A stretch of 64,000 nt of DNA from Octopus bimaculoides (taxonomy: Eukaryota), in assembly GCF_001194135.2 (NCBI RefSeq), contig NC_068995.1, forward strand, positions 1,036,913 to 1,100,912. Direction: 5' to 3'. Shown in pieces: positions 23,581-34,397 of the stretch (positions are counted from its first letter, which is position 1; every line of letters starts with the position of its first letter). Under the pieces are notes generated by a model that saw only the letters and a program-made list of their open reading frames with translations, ran no database searches and was not told where the DNA came from. The translations under genes and the position numbers were made by a program.

Positions 23581-24227
23581 CCCTATCGACACACACATGT
23601 GTATGTATGAGAGCTAAGTATATAGGAAGATAAATACACATGCACACACGCGCGCACAGGTACACACACACACATGCACGCACGCACACACACACATATA
23701 ATAACGTACACTTACTTGCAATCTAGATTTATGTTTGGGTTTCTCGAAAACAGAAATATAAAGGCAGAGTTATGAAAATGTATCTCAACAAATTATAAGA
23801 AAATAGATTTTTCACTCTGTAACAAACAATATAGATTCTAGAACTACCAAATCTGTTGATCTCATAAATATGTCATAATCGATTCGTGACATCTGACGTA
23901 CAAACAAGGGAGACTACTCGTGGCTTTTTTTTTTTGTTCCTTTATAGCTTTGTTTGTTGGTGTGAGTTCATGCGCGCGTGTGAATGTGCGTGCGCGCGCG
24001 TATGTGTGTGTATGTGTCTAGTGTTACATAATGTGGGAAGCTCTAGAAATTCTGCATTAAGGTTACAAATGTCAACGGTATGCTCGGTCTCTTAATCGAA
24101 TTCTTACTGACTTGTAGAGTTATGAGGCGAACAGCTATTGTCACATGAATTCGGTTAACGGCCGACTCCTTTGAAGGATCGCCTTAACACCCGACATTAA
24201 TTCTCTTCTTATTATATTTTAGCTGAA

Positions 24228-24640
24228 ATAATAACAATAATAATAATGAAATTATTGTATACAGTGCTCAGGTGCACTACAACTTGTCAAAAGTGCGCAT
24301 AACGCATATGCAGTAATGTACAAATGTCTGGAAAGTGAACAGTGTCTGAGTCAGAGACATGCTTGCATGGGTATGGAGGGGAGAAAATGAGGTGTAGTGT
24401 TGGTGAATCTTAGGAAGGATGGAAGTTTTGAAGGATGCAGTGCTCCGACAACTAACAACTGATACCAGCAGATTGTTCCATACTTCAGCAACTCTTAGCA
24501 TGAAAAAGTGTTTCCGAAAGTCATGGGAACTGTGCTGTTTTCTGACTTTGTAAACATATCCATGTGTGTTAGACAGGTGGAATTTGAAAAGGTGCCCCTT
24601 TATTTCAGTTGGTCTCAAAAATAGTAAGAAGATACTAAAA
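24228..24640 (-). mobile_element. CR1 LINE 3' end with (ATT)n tail
   Basis: ORF 24277..24684: THGYVYKVRKQHSSHDFRKHFFMLRVAEVWNNL..VVSCRSTASFK matches the CR1 TRGH..R..FFS.RVV..WN.L..S..SFK motif. The minus strand ends in ATTATTATT. Confidence 0.85.
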
Positions 24641-24759
24641 TAATTTATCATTGTTAAGCTCAGTTTTGGAGTGTAAATGAACAAAAAATTTTAATGTGTC
24701 ATATAAAACATCTTTTTCTCTTTGTCTTCTTAAAAAATAAAGAAATCCATAAGTTTTTC

Positions 24760-25021
24760 CATGTTAAAGTTGTCGTATTTCTGTAATTTCAACCAATCAC
24801 TGACGTCCATTCAGCCGATATACATTAAGTGCCGACTACATAAACAAACGATTCTGAAACAATTAACCCTAACCCTAACGTTAGGGTTAAAGCAAATAAA
24901 ACGAAGGTATGGAGATTAAATACGCTTTACATCGCTTAATCAGCCAAAGGAGTAAATATAAACAACTGAATACTTGTCAGTGATTGGTTGAAATTATCGA
25001 AATAAGACAATTTTTTACATG
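24760..25021. mobile_element. Fold-back (MITE-like) element with about 45-bp inverted arms and a central telomere-motif palindrome
   Basis: Perfect 21-bp IR TAATTTCAACCAATCACTGAC (24784-24804) / (24976-24996), extending imperfectly to 24760 and 25021. Central perfect palindrome TAACCCTAACGTTAGGGTTA at 24870-24889. Confidence 0.7.
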
Positions 25022-25204
25022 AAATAAATTCGAATACAAAATTATTTTTTTGTTCTATAACACAAAATAGATAAGTATACGAAGTTTGAAAGTCTTTCGG
25101 TACCAAAAACACTACGTAAAACATTAATGAAAAATGTGGCCCCCGTTTTAAAATAGATCCGTTCATCATCTTTAAAACAACCCTTATTCAGGGACCTTTT
25201 GAGT

Positions 25205-25590
25205 AGGTTGGCTGTGCAGTAAGAAGCTTGCTTCCCAACCACATGGTTCCAAGTTCAGTCCCACTTCATGGCACCTTGGGCAAGTGTCTTGTACTATAAC
25301 CTCAGGCCGACCAAAGTCTTGTGAGTAGATTTGGCAGACGGAAACTGTAAGAAGCTCGTCGTATATGTATGTGTGTATGTACGTATTTGTGTCTGTGTTT
25401 GTCCCCTCACACACACAATCGTTTGACAACCGATTCTGGCGCGTTTACGTCCCCATAACTTAGCGATTCGTCAATAGAGGCCGATAGAATAAGTACTAGG
25501 TTTCCAAAGAATAAGTCCTGGGGTCGATTTGTTCGATAAAGGCGGTGCTCCAGCATGGCCGCAGTCAAATGACTGAAACAAGTAAAAGTA
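25205..25590 (+). mobile_element. Long CORE-type SINE (family A), intergenic, CpG-rich copy
   Basis: tRNA-like head, GGCACCTTGGGCAAGTGTCTT, internal microsatellite, 3' GGCGGTGCTCCAGCATGGCCGCAGTCAAATGACTGAAACAAGTAAAAG. 17 CpGs counted. Confidence 0.9.
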
Positions 25591-26771
25591 TATATATATA
25601 TATAATGTATGTATACATACACACACACACACTTGTGTGCAGATAGATAGATAGATATTGTATTTTTCGTTGTTAGCTTAATAACTTTTTTAAAAAAATA
25701 AACTGATTTTTAAATATTTATTCGTTTCGTTGTGTTTAATCGGGATACCCAAGTCTAATTTTGTATTTCCCAAGTATGGTTTCGTTTCGTTATCAATCTC
25801 GCAGTTATTCGTAAAAAGAAAAGAAAAAAAACCCATTGGTGATGAAAAGCGAAGTGGACCTCGGTCGGATTTGAAATCAAAACATAAAAAGTTGGCATTT
25901 CGTCCAGCGTTCTATCAATTTTGCCAAAATAATAATAAACAACGTCCCTTTTTATTTTTTTGGTCTACTTCCGGGTTTTGTTGCTTATTTTATAGCAGAA
26001 GATTGCCGAGGCTTCGTAGTTAGCAGAATAACTAAGGTCATATTCATATTTCAAGGTCATTCTTCGAAACTGATCATCGTTTTATAAGAACCAGTTATCT
26101 GCCCTTGAGTGTAAAAAAGGTCAGGGTCACATTTACTTTTATTTAATTTGTCACGAAATTCTGACACAATTTATTACGATTTACCGATTTTTTTTCATCG
26201 TAGATCAAGACGAGTAGGGTGCACAGTAATGCAGGGCAAGTGTATCTGTGTGTCTCTCAGCTTCAATTAGAAACATTCTGCTCTCTCGTTGGCTGCTTTG
26301 CTACCAACTCGGAAGAATCTTTTGAAAATTGCCAAATGTCATCACCAGTCTTTGTAAACACACACAAACACGCGCACACTCACACTCACTCACACACATA
26401 CAAACAAACGTGTGTTACTGACCACCTCGAGTCTCCGTGCATACGCATACATCATACATACATAAAAAGTATGTCTGAAGTATGTGAGAACACGTATAGA
26501 TTTTTTTTTTCTTTTTTTGACTCCTTTATATTTTCGCAAATCCTTAAACTACTTTTCGTTCCTCTCTTTTTCTTTGACACAAACCAGATGAACAAGAATA
26601 AACATATTCTTCTTTCTTCGTGCACCTTGCCACCATGTGTCGATGGTGCTTCTGGAACAGAACCCCTTGCTCTCCAATCCCACACATAACTTAGCACTCT
26701 GTTAGCTCACTTTCCCTGAAGCCGGCAGATAGAAGCATCTAATTACTCTCTTTCTCCATGTATATATGTAT

Positions 26772-26805
<34 letters not shown>

Positions 26806-26862
26806 GTACGTATGCATGTGTATTTCTCTCTCTCTCTCTCTCTCCCTATATATATATATATA

Positions 26863-27275
26863 TCATCATCATCATCATCGTTTAACGTCTGCTTTCCAAT
26901 ACTGGCATGGGTTGGACGGTTTGACTGAGGACTGGTGAGCCAGAAGGCTGCACCAGGCTCCAATCTGGCAAAATTTCTACATCTGGATGCCCTTCCTAAC
27001 ACCAACCACTCCAAGAGTGTGGTGGGTGCTTTTACATCCCACTGGCACAAGGGCCAGTCAGGCGGTTCTGGCAACGACCACGTTCAATAGGTGTTTTTTA
27101 CATACTACCTGCACGGGAGCCAGTCCGGCAGCACTGGCAACGACCATGCTCGAATGTTGTTTTTCACGTGCCACCGGCACATGTGCTGGTAAGGCGATGC
27201 TGGCAACGATCACACTCGAATAGTGCTCTTAACGTTCCACTGGCACGAGTGCCAACCAGGCGGTAGTCATTGGCC
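26863..27275 (-). mobile_element. RTE-tailed SINE-like element (family C) carrying a 66-bp tandem repeat
   Basis: The minus strand ends ..CCATGCCAGTATTGGAAAGCAGACGTTAAACGATGATGATG. The same terminus recurs near 41957, 45362-45500, 46670, 51745, 59960 and 63205. Internal 66-bp units start at 27053, 27119, 27185 and 27251. Confidence 0.75.
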
Positions 27276-28162
27276 ACACACATATACACACAATTGTAAT
27301 GATTGTGTGTCAAATCAAATAGTGATATTTTTGAAATCATTTGATATGTGTGTTTCAGATCTGCATAATATGTAATAGGAAATAGATCCTTCTTGAGTTA
27401 ACACATTTCAAAATAATTTGAAATGTGTTAACTGAGGAAGGTCTTGCTAGTTTGGAGGATGAATGTTGCTGTAATTTAGCCCCAGGCGACATCGTCTCCA
27501 GCTGTGTCCTTATATTTTTTTAAACAAGGGAATCTAGCACCCCCATTTGGCTCAAAACAATATCTGTTTATCGCGATTTCCAGGTTATTTCCCTTCATCA
27601 GCACAGAATAACCTGGAAATCACGCTACACAGATAATGTTCTGAGCTGAGTGGGGGTGCTAGATTCCCTTGTTGGAAAATACAAGGACACAGATCGTGTT
27701 GTATAGCCAGCTGGAGAACACAGAGAGGTAGGCCAAATACCACAAGGCATTTGATCCCTCCAGTTCACCACCATGAATTGGTAATTTTTTTTTATCAACC
27801 CTGAAAGATGTAAAGTAAAGTTGACCTCAACATGCTTTAAACAGGAGTCCTTAGGGGTCTCCTCTGCTGCAAGCATTCAGAGGAGAGTTCTGCTTTGAAC
27901 AGATCAACTTCTTCCCTTTCATTGATCAGTTCTGGGATTCTTGCTTGAGAGTCAAAAACACTTCCTGTTTTAACTAAGCTATAACAAAAAACAAAAACAA
28001 AAAAAAACATTTAAAATTTATATTTATAACACACACATACACATATACGTATCTGTCTATATATGCTTATGTATGTGTGTGTGTGTAAATATATACACAC
28101 ACAGAAGGAACAACAAAACAACAGAAAAAAAAGAAAGAAAATATTAAAATGTTTTTTGTGTC

Positions 28163-28168
28163 TTTATT
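28163..28168 (-). promoter_or_regulatory. Candidate polyadenylation signal AATAAA of CDC34/UBE2R
   Basis: TTTATT on the plus strand about 620 bp past the last exon, followed on the minus strand by a U/GU-rich tract. Confidence 0.5.
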
Positions 28169-28783
28169 CTCCTCCAAATTTAACTTTTATGTATTTTTTT
28201 TGTATTTTTAAAATTTTTTTTTCCAATTTTTGCTATTTTTCCCTTTCTCCAACTCATCTTTTCCTTTCTTCATCTTACTCCCTCCCACTCACCCCATCAA
28301 CGAAAAAATGTGTTTGTTGTTATTGTAGCTGTTTTTTGTATTGTTTTGGTTTTTTTTTTTGGTTTTATATGTTTTGTTTGGGTTGGTTTTTCTCCCCCTC
28401 CTCCCTCCCTACCCAAACTCTGTTCTCTTCTTTTTACCTGAACCCACCACTCTTTCAGAGTAAAATTCTCACTGCACCACCACCACCACCTTATTTTGCT
28501 GCTTCTCACCCCTGCTCATTCCTCCCATTCACTCTCTCCTATACAACCATCCAACCATCCATCCATCCATCCATGCAATCAGTCTCACTCTATATATATA
28601 TGTCTTTCTCTCTCTCTGTCTCTCTCTCACACACACACTCATGCATTCACAATATTTCTCCCGCTCTTTCTCTCTCTCTCTCTCATTCTCTGCACTCACC
28701 CCTAACACTCATTAACCCCACCAACTTCCAATCAACAACCACCCTCTCCCTCACCCCTCACCCTCCACCCCCCNNNNNNNNNN

Positions 28784-28983
28784 GCCCTGAACAACAATCA
28801 TCATCATCACCGTCAGCATGGTCGTCATCGTCATCGTCAAGAAAGACGTCGTCGTCGTAATAGTCTAAGTCGGTGTGGCTCTCAGTCTGTTTGGGACGGC
28901 CGCTTACGCAGTATTCCTGGAGGGTGGTCGGCACTGTCACACCGTCCTTCTCCGCATCGGCTATTGTTGCTTGAACTTGTTTC
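28784..28983 (-). CDS. CDC34: Ubiquitin-conjugating enzyme E2 R (CDC34/UBE2R), last coding exon (stop hidden by gap)
   Basis: CACAG acceptor, phase 2: (R)KQVQATIADAEKDGVTVPTTLQEYCVSG...DYYDDD...DDDDCCSG, matching UBE2R IRKQV..AEKDGVKVPTTLAEYC plus acidic tail. N-gap at 28774-28783. Confidence 0.93.
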
Positions 28984-29735
28984 CTGTGCACAGAAGAATT
29001 GATACTTTCAATAAGAATCCCAACAACAACAACAATTTATATTTGCCACAAGAGCGGCAGTTAAATAGAACATTACAAGAAACAATGGAGGAGTCTGCAG
29101 AATCAGTCACAAACAAAAAAAAAAAGATTTGAAAACCAAGAATACACAAAGAAGTGCAATGAGATGTCCTAACAGCTGGACAGGCCCCTAAGACTAACTA
29201 AGGAACCCCACAAACAAGAACAACTGCCTACTTTCAACTAACAGGTTCATGCTGAAAAATAAAGTCATTCACCCAGCACCATTTCCATGACTCTCCCTCG
29301 TCTTTCAACAAATTCACTGGAGGGACAGCACCTTCCGCTTCTGGTGAGACTTAATAAGAATGAAAATGATGCCAAACATAATTAATACAATTAGGGTAAA
29401 ATTTAAGAACCATACTGGGAATAAAACACCTTTGTACGGTCCAAAGAATTAGTCCTGCCAGACACAGCCCATATCCTACACATGTCACTTGCAATCCAAT
29501 AACACAACTTTCACAGTACATATTCTATACCCCACCCCACCCCCAATACTAATGCACAACTGCCACAGCATGGGCTCGTGTTCTATGCAATCATCCCAAA
29601 AGAACAAATTTACTTACATAATCTGCAGAATCACCACGAAAACTATATCACAATTTTTATAATACTATCACCTTCCAATATGTTTATGTCACACAGCACA
29701 TCCCAATAAAATAATAACATCTCAAAGTGTATATT

Positions 29736-29787
<52 letters not shown>

Positions 29788-30207
29788 TGAAGTGACTTGA
29801 AATGACAGCAAACACTGCTGCACAGCAAAGTAGATGTCACATACAGAAACATTCCCTCAGAAAACTGAAACTGCACAAACCCCTAAATTAGGGAGTAGGG
29901 ATATAACTGATGAAGTCAATCCCATTGCTTGACTTGGTTCTTATTTTATTAACCCTAGAAAAGATGAATGGCAAAGCTGACCCAGGAGCAAACTGAACCT
30001 AGAATATAAAGTGACAAATAACCAAACAATGATTTCTAACATTGGTATAAGTTTACAAGGTTTAAGGGGACAATACAACTGATAAAATAAACATGGATTG
30101 TTGGCTGGTCTTTTAAACAAAAGGACCAGTCTCACAAGGATGAAATGCTGCCAAGCATTTCGTCCAGCCAATGGTTCTGCTACCCTTGGATAATAAAATG
30201 ACTTTAC

Positions 30208-30342
30208 CTGATAATATTTTCATATTCTTTATCTCGTCCTCTTGAGTCTCTCCATTTGCGATACATCACTGAAGCATCTACATTGGCTGGGGAATATGTG
30301 TTCGGTTCATTCAATAAGGAAATTATACTTAGGAGAATTGTT
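30208..30342 (-). CDS. CDC34: CDC34/UBE2R coding exon 4 (135 nt)
   Basis: TTGCAG acceptor; (R)[44 protein letters not shown]+AG; donor AG|GTAAAG. Not in the ORF track. Confidence 0.96.
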
Positions 30343-30999
30343 CTGCAATAAACAAAAAATACACAAACTGCACCATCAACACAATACAGTAGTTACATCA
30401 CAGTCTGTACCACCAGGCCCTCAGCCGGGATACAGTTGCCCTACCACTCTCTCTCTCATAAGAAAGCTCCAAAACCTTCCAAAGACAGTGTCCTGCGTCT
30501 GTCCTTATAGCCATAAATCAATTGTGCTGAGTAAAGAAGGAATTTACATAAATCCCAAACCAAACAGATTATTTATGTATGCAAGGTTCATACTGACAAC
30601 TGCAGCTCTTCACATACAAGACTTGTGTACACAGCTAGTGCAGGTCTAGATTTCATGTAAGTACCCAGCTTGTCTTATCTCTCCCACACTTCCAATTTTC
30701 TGTCTTTACATAGTCACTGGAACATTAGCCCCTGAGTGTCAGAATGACATGCCCCATAACAAAAGTGAGAGTAGCATGATTAAAAACATCAAGCAAATAG
30801 GTTTGTTTCGTTAGCGGTCTCTCTCTCTCGTATACAAGTCTGCACAAATCGTATTGATCAAGGCTTTCCAACATCTGTGCACACAAATCAATTAAGCTTT
30901 CCTGTAGCCTAGAGCCACTGGTTGTATAGCCAATCATCATAATCCACACTTGAACACCTCACCTCAGCAACACCACCACTGCTGGACATCCCACACAAC

Positions 31000-31340
31000 T
31001 CTTAGGAACACTGCAACCAGTCCCAGTTCACGACATCCTGATCAGTCCAAGCAACGACTCAATCGTATCAGCAGAGTGATTAGAGTATGGATGGAGTGGA
31101 ACAAGTCCAGAGACACTTGCCTAAGGGATGAAGCCGACCAGCCTTGAACCTTTCAGGGCCCCTGCAACTGGTGGAGAAAAGAGAAGAAACCACAACAGAT
31201 GGCTTATTTTTAGATTGGAGACTTGCCAGAAGATTGGATTCTGCTAAAGGTACCATGGAGCAACAGATTAAAGTGACCAACAGGTTAAAGGCCATAGCCT
31301 AAAATCAGTCCTTGGAACACCTGCCCTCCTGGACAATTTC
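31000..31340 (+). mobile_element. Highly degenerate CR1-type LINE fragment
   Basis: MEQVQRHLPKG resembles the LE.VQRR motif. The rest is heavily mutated. Confidence 0.35.
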
Positions 31341-31849
31341 CTCAATTGAGAGAAAAATGAAGAAAAAGTATAACTCAAGATGCAAATACATATTAATAAA
31401 ACTAATTTCAGCCACATTTTCATGTTTTTGCTATCATCCAATAAGATTTATATTCTTACATCAATATAATTATAATGCTAAAATTGCAAATTGTGGGTTA
31501 TATACAAATGCAGTAATTAATAATTACAATAATTAATTCACTTGATTGGGCAAATTGCCCAGGGTTAATTGTGTTGATATTCTCAAGAATATGTAGTCTG
31601 TATGACTGGCTTCTGCACAGTTTCCATCTACCAAATATCACTTGGATAAACTCTCACACTTGCACAGTGAGACTGATCCTAGAACCACAAGATAGTGGAG
31701 TGAATTTTTAGATCACACGAATAGGCATGCATCCATACCTCTAAAGACAACAAAAGGGGTCTCTGTTGGTTTGCTCATACAAAAGACAAACAACTCCCTA
31801 AGGAGAGCACAGAAGGTTGAGTCAAGAGTAATGGTGATGGTGTGAGTGA

Positions 31850-32091
31850 AAGAGAATGAATCGAGTCAAGTTACACTTGGTGTAACAGTTGGGGACTGGC
31901 ATGGACTCCTGGCATGAAAATTTGGTGCATGTGCAAGAGGGTGGCATCAGGTCCCATCCAAAGGATTTTGCCCATGTGGCATTAGTTTCGGCAGGAAAAA
32001 ATGAAGTTGGATATTTTTTTAATGCACCTTGTACATACGTACATATGTACGTATGTTTGTATATATGAGGTACATTAAAAAAAATATCCAA
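31850..32091. mobile_element. Mariner-like element end plus a second, back-to-back isolated TIR
   Basis: TIR reading TACAAGGTGCATTAAAAAAATATCCAA on minus (32007-32033) and TATGAGGTACATTAAAAAAAATATCCAA on plus (32064-32091), both starting with TA. Confidence 0.55.
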
Positions 32092-32199
32092 TACGTACCT
32101 ATGTACATACATGCATACATACATAAACTGCAAGAGAATACCCTTGTCACAAGTGTAGAATGCATACGTAAGCAGAACAGCAAAGAATATCAAAATAAA

Positions 32200-32540
32200 A
32201 GAGTGGGAGCAGAAATACTGCCTTGCTTAACTTCAATGTCAATCAGAACTGTTTTAGTGCAATCAAACATAGTGACAAACGATGGTAGGAACTTGACTTT
32301 TCCAGGGATTTTCCACAGGGCACATCTGTTAACTGTATCAAAAGCTTTCTTTAAATCAACAAAGACTTGATATAAAGGTATCTGCAGTTCAGTACATTTC
32401 TCTTGGGTCTGTCTTGCAGAGAGTACCATGTCCATTGTTCCTCTACCTCATCTAAAGCCATTTTGGGATTTAGGGATGATATCTTCCATCAGCTTATTCA
32501 ACAAAAATCTAGCAACCACTTTGCCAACAGCTTCCAGGTG
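32200..32540 (-). mobile_element. RTE-clade LINE reverse transcriptase fragment
   Basis: ORF 32190..32435: DMVLSARQTQEKCTELQIPLYQVFVDLKKAFDTVNR..LWK..VKQG, the RTE/BovB-like RQLQEKC.EQ..PL..FVDLTKAFDTV.R motif. Confidence 0.88.
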
Positions 32541-33476
32541 TGATGAATGGATAGACTAATTGACTGATTCACACACACACACAATTAGTGGACTTGAACA
32601 GTAATGCTTAACTGGCATCATTAACTGACATCAGAAATGGGTGGATACCCAGTGGCTAAGAGCACTATAGAAATAAATTACCACAATACACAATTCAATA
32701 AGTTAAATCATTTGTGAGAGGGGAGGGGAAGCTTCAAATACTTGACCTTCACTTTCCAACAGCATAGAGATTCTATAGGTGAAGAAGAGGAATGCACTTG
32801 GTCAAGCAGAGTTTGGTAGTAATTATTTCAAACAAGATCTTTCTCAAGGTATTGACAACTACACACAGCTGTGAGAGAATCCCTTTCTACCATCTAAAAA
32901 GCTATTTCAAGTCTGACATGAAGAGGGCCTGGATCACTTAAATGAAACCAGGATAATATACAAGAGATATTTATCAATGTATCAATTCACAATATATAAT
33001 AAATATTGATTAATCACATTGTAATTAGTGTTCCATTTTGGGAGACATTCTCTCAAATAAAAAAAAAAAAACCCTACATACACTGACTGCAGTTCACTTG
33101 TTTATTGTTGACTAATTAATCAAATATTGTTTCATCAGAGTCTTTCACCACACAACTGATGATCTTTCATTATAAATTCATTTTGCAAGACATATAAACA
33201 CCAAACACAAAACAGGAAGCAAAACTAATTGCAGATCACTGAGTGAAAGTCATTGACAATTCAATCAATAGTTGATTGATCAACTGATCAGCAATGTAAA
33301 AGTGAACTACAACCAGTGGGTATTTGTATGTTCACTGGCACAACGACCTATCCAAAATACAACATATTTCCAACACATTGTTTCACTTCAAGAATTGTGT
33401 AAAACAAGAACATTTTAATTTTTCAACTAAAAAGCAGTTGCTTAACACACACACACACTGAAAGAGACTTGCTTAC

Positions 33477-33574
33477 CGGACGTTCTGTGTAGGATTCCAT
33501 CTTTCAGAAGGTAACTCACCGCTCTGTGGATCATCAACAGGGGGATGTAATATAGATATGCAAACATCTCCATT
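33477..33574 (-). CDS. CDC34: CDC34/UBE2R coding exon 3 (98 nt; catalytic Cys and acidic loop)
   Basis: T-rich tract plus CCAG; [32 protein letters not shown]+CG; donor CG|GTAAGC. Confidence 0.97.
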
Positions 33575-34004
33575 CTGGAACCAAGAAAAAAAAAAAGAAT
33601 AGAGTTCAATACAGACAAAAACAACTGCATTAACTACTTTGAAGAGTTCAGTTTCAAGCCTTTACTTTCTGAGTTGAAACACTGCTCAGACGGATTTTTA
33701 CCAGTCACCTGTCCAATGTGACTTTAGCTGATTTGATCCCTTCTCTAAAATCCCTGGCTTTATACCTCAGTCAAGTACTAGGGTCAATAGCATCAACTAC
33801 CTTGGTATAAAAAATGGGTTTTACAGCAAACATTCTGCTCAATATCACAGATTTGCTTGTCAGTTGTTTGATCTTAACCAGTTCAGCATGTCTCTTAGTG
33901 CCAGACGATATGTGCATCTCTGATCACGAGTAGAAGTAGAGGGGGAGCATCATAGACATATTTATGAGGGAGGGGTTGGTCAATTACTTTGACCCCACTG
34001 CTTA

Positions 34005-34135
34005 ACTAGTAGTTATTTTATTGGACCCCAAAAGGATGAAAGGGAAAGTCTACTTCAGCAGAATTTGAACTCAAAATGTAAAACTGGAAGAGACACTAAT
34101 AAGCATTTTGTCCAATGTGCTAACAATTCTGCTGC

Positions 34136-34176
<41 letters not shown>

Positions 34177-34397
34177 TAATAATGGTTTCCAGCTTTGGAC
34201 ACAAGGCCAGCAGTTTTCGGGAGTGGGGCTACGTCGATTACATCAACCCCAGTATTTGATTGGTACATAATTTTTTCAACTCCAAAAGGAAGAAAGGCAA
34301 CATTTACCTCAGTAGGATTTGAGCTCAGATTGTAAAGAGCCAGGAGAAATACCACTTGGCATTTTGCCTGACACGCTAATGATTCTGCCAGCTCACC
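34005..34397 (-). mobile_element. Two head-to-tail family B SINEs joined by an (ATT)n tail
   Basis: Copies at about 34190-34397 and 34005-34137, with (TAA)n at 34137-34183 between them. Confidence 0.75.

Noticed and set aside
25990-26220. AGTTATCTGCCCTT and repeated AGGTCA motifs (similar strings near 7450, 14115, 22250) suggesting a Helentron-like element or nuclear-receptor sites
   Set aside because: Could not define termini, subterminal repeats or a second full copy in the window.
27026-27275. Regularly spaced repeats resembling a CRISPR array
   Set aside because: Whole 66-bp units are homologous with no unique spacers, the context is eukaryotic, and there are no cas genes.
28063-29149. 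Plus-strand ORFs 28063..28860 and 28875..29132 and minus ORF 28961..29149
   Set aside because: Low-complexity antisense or intronic shadows of the CDC34 last exon and 3' UTR.
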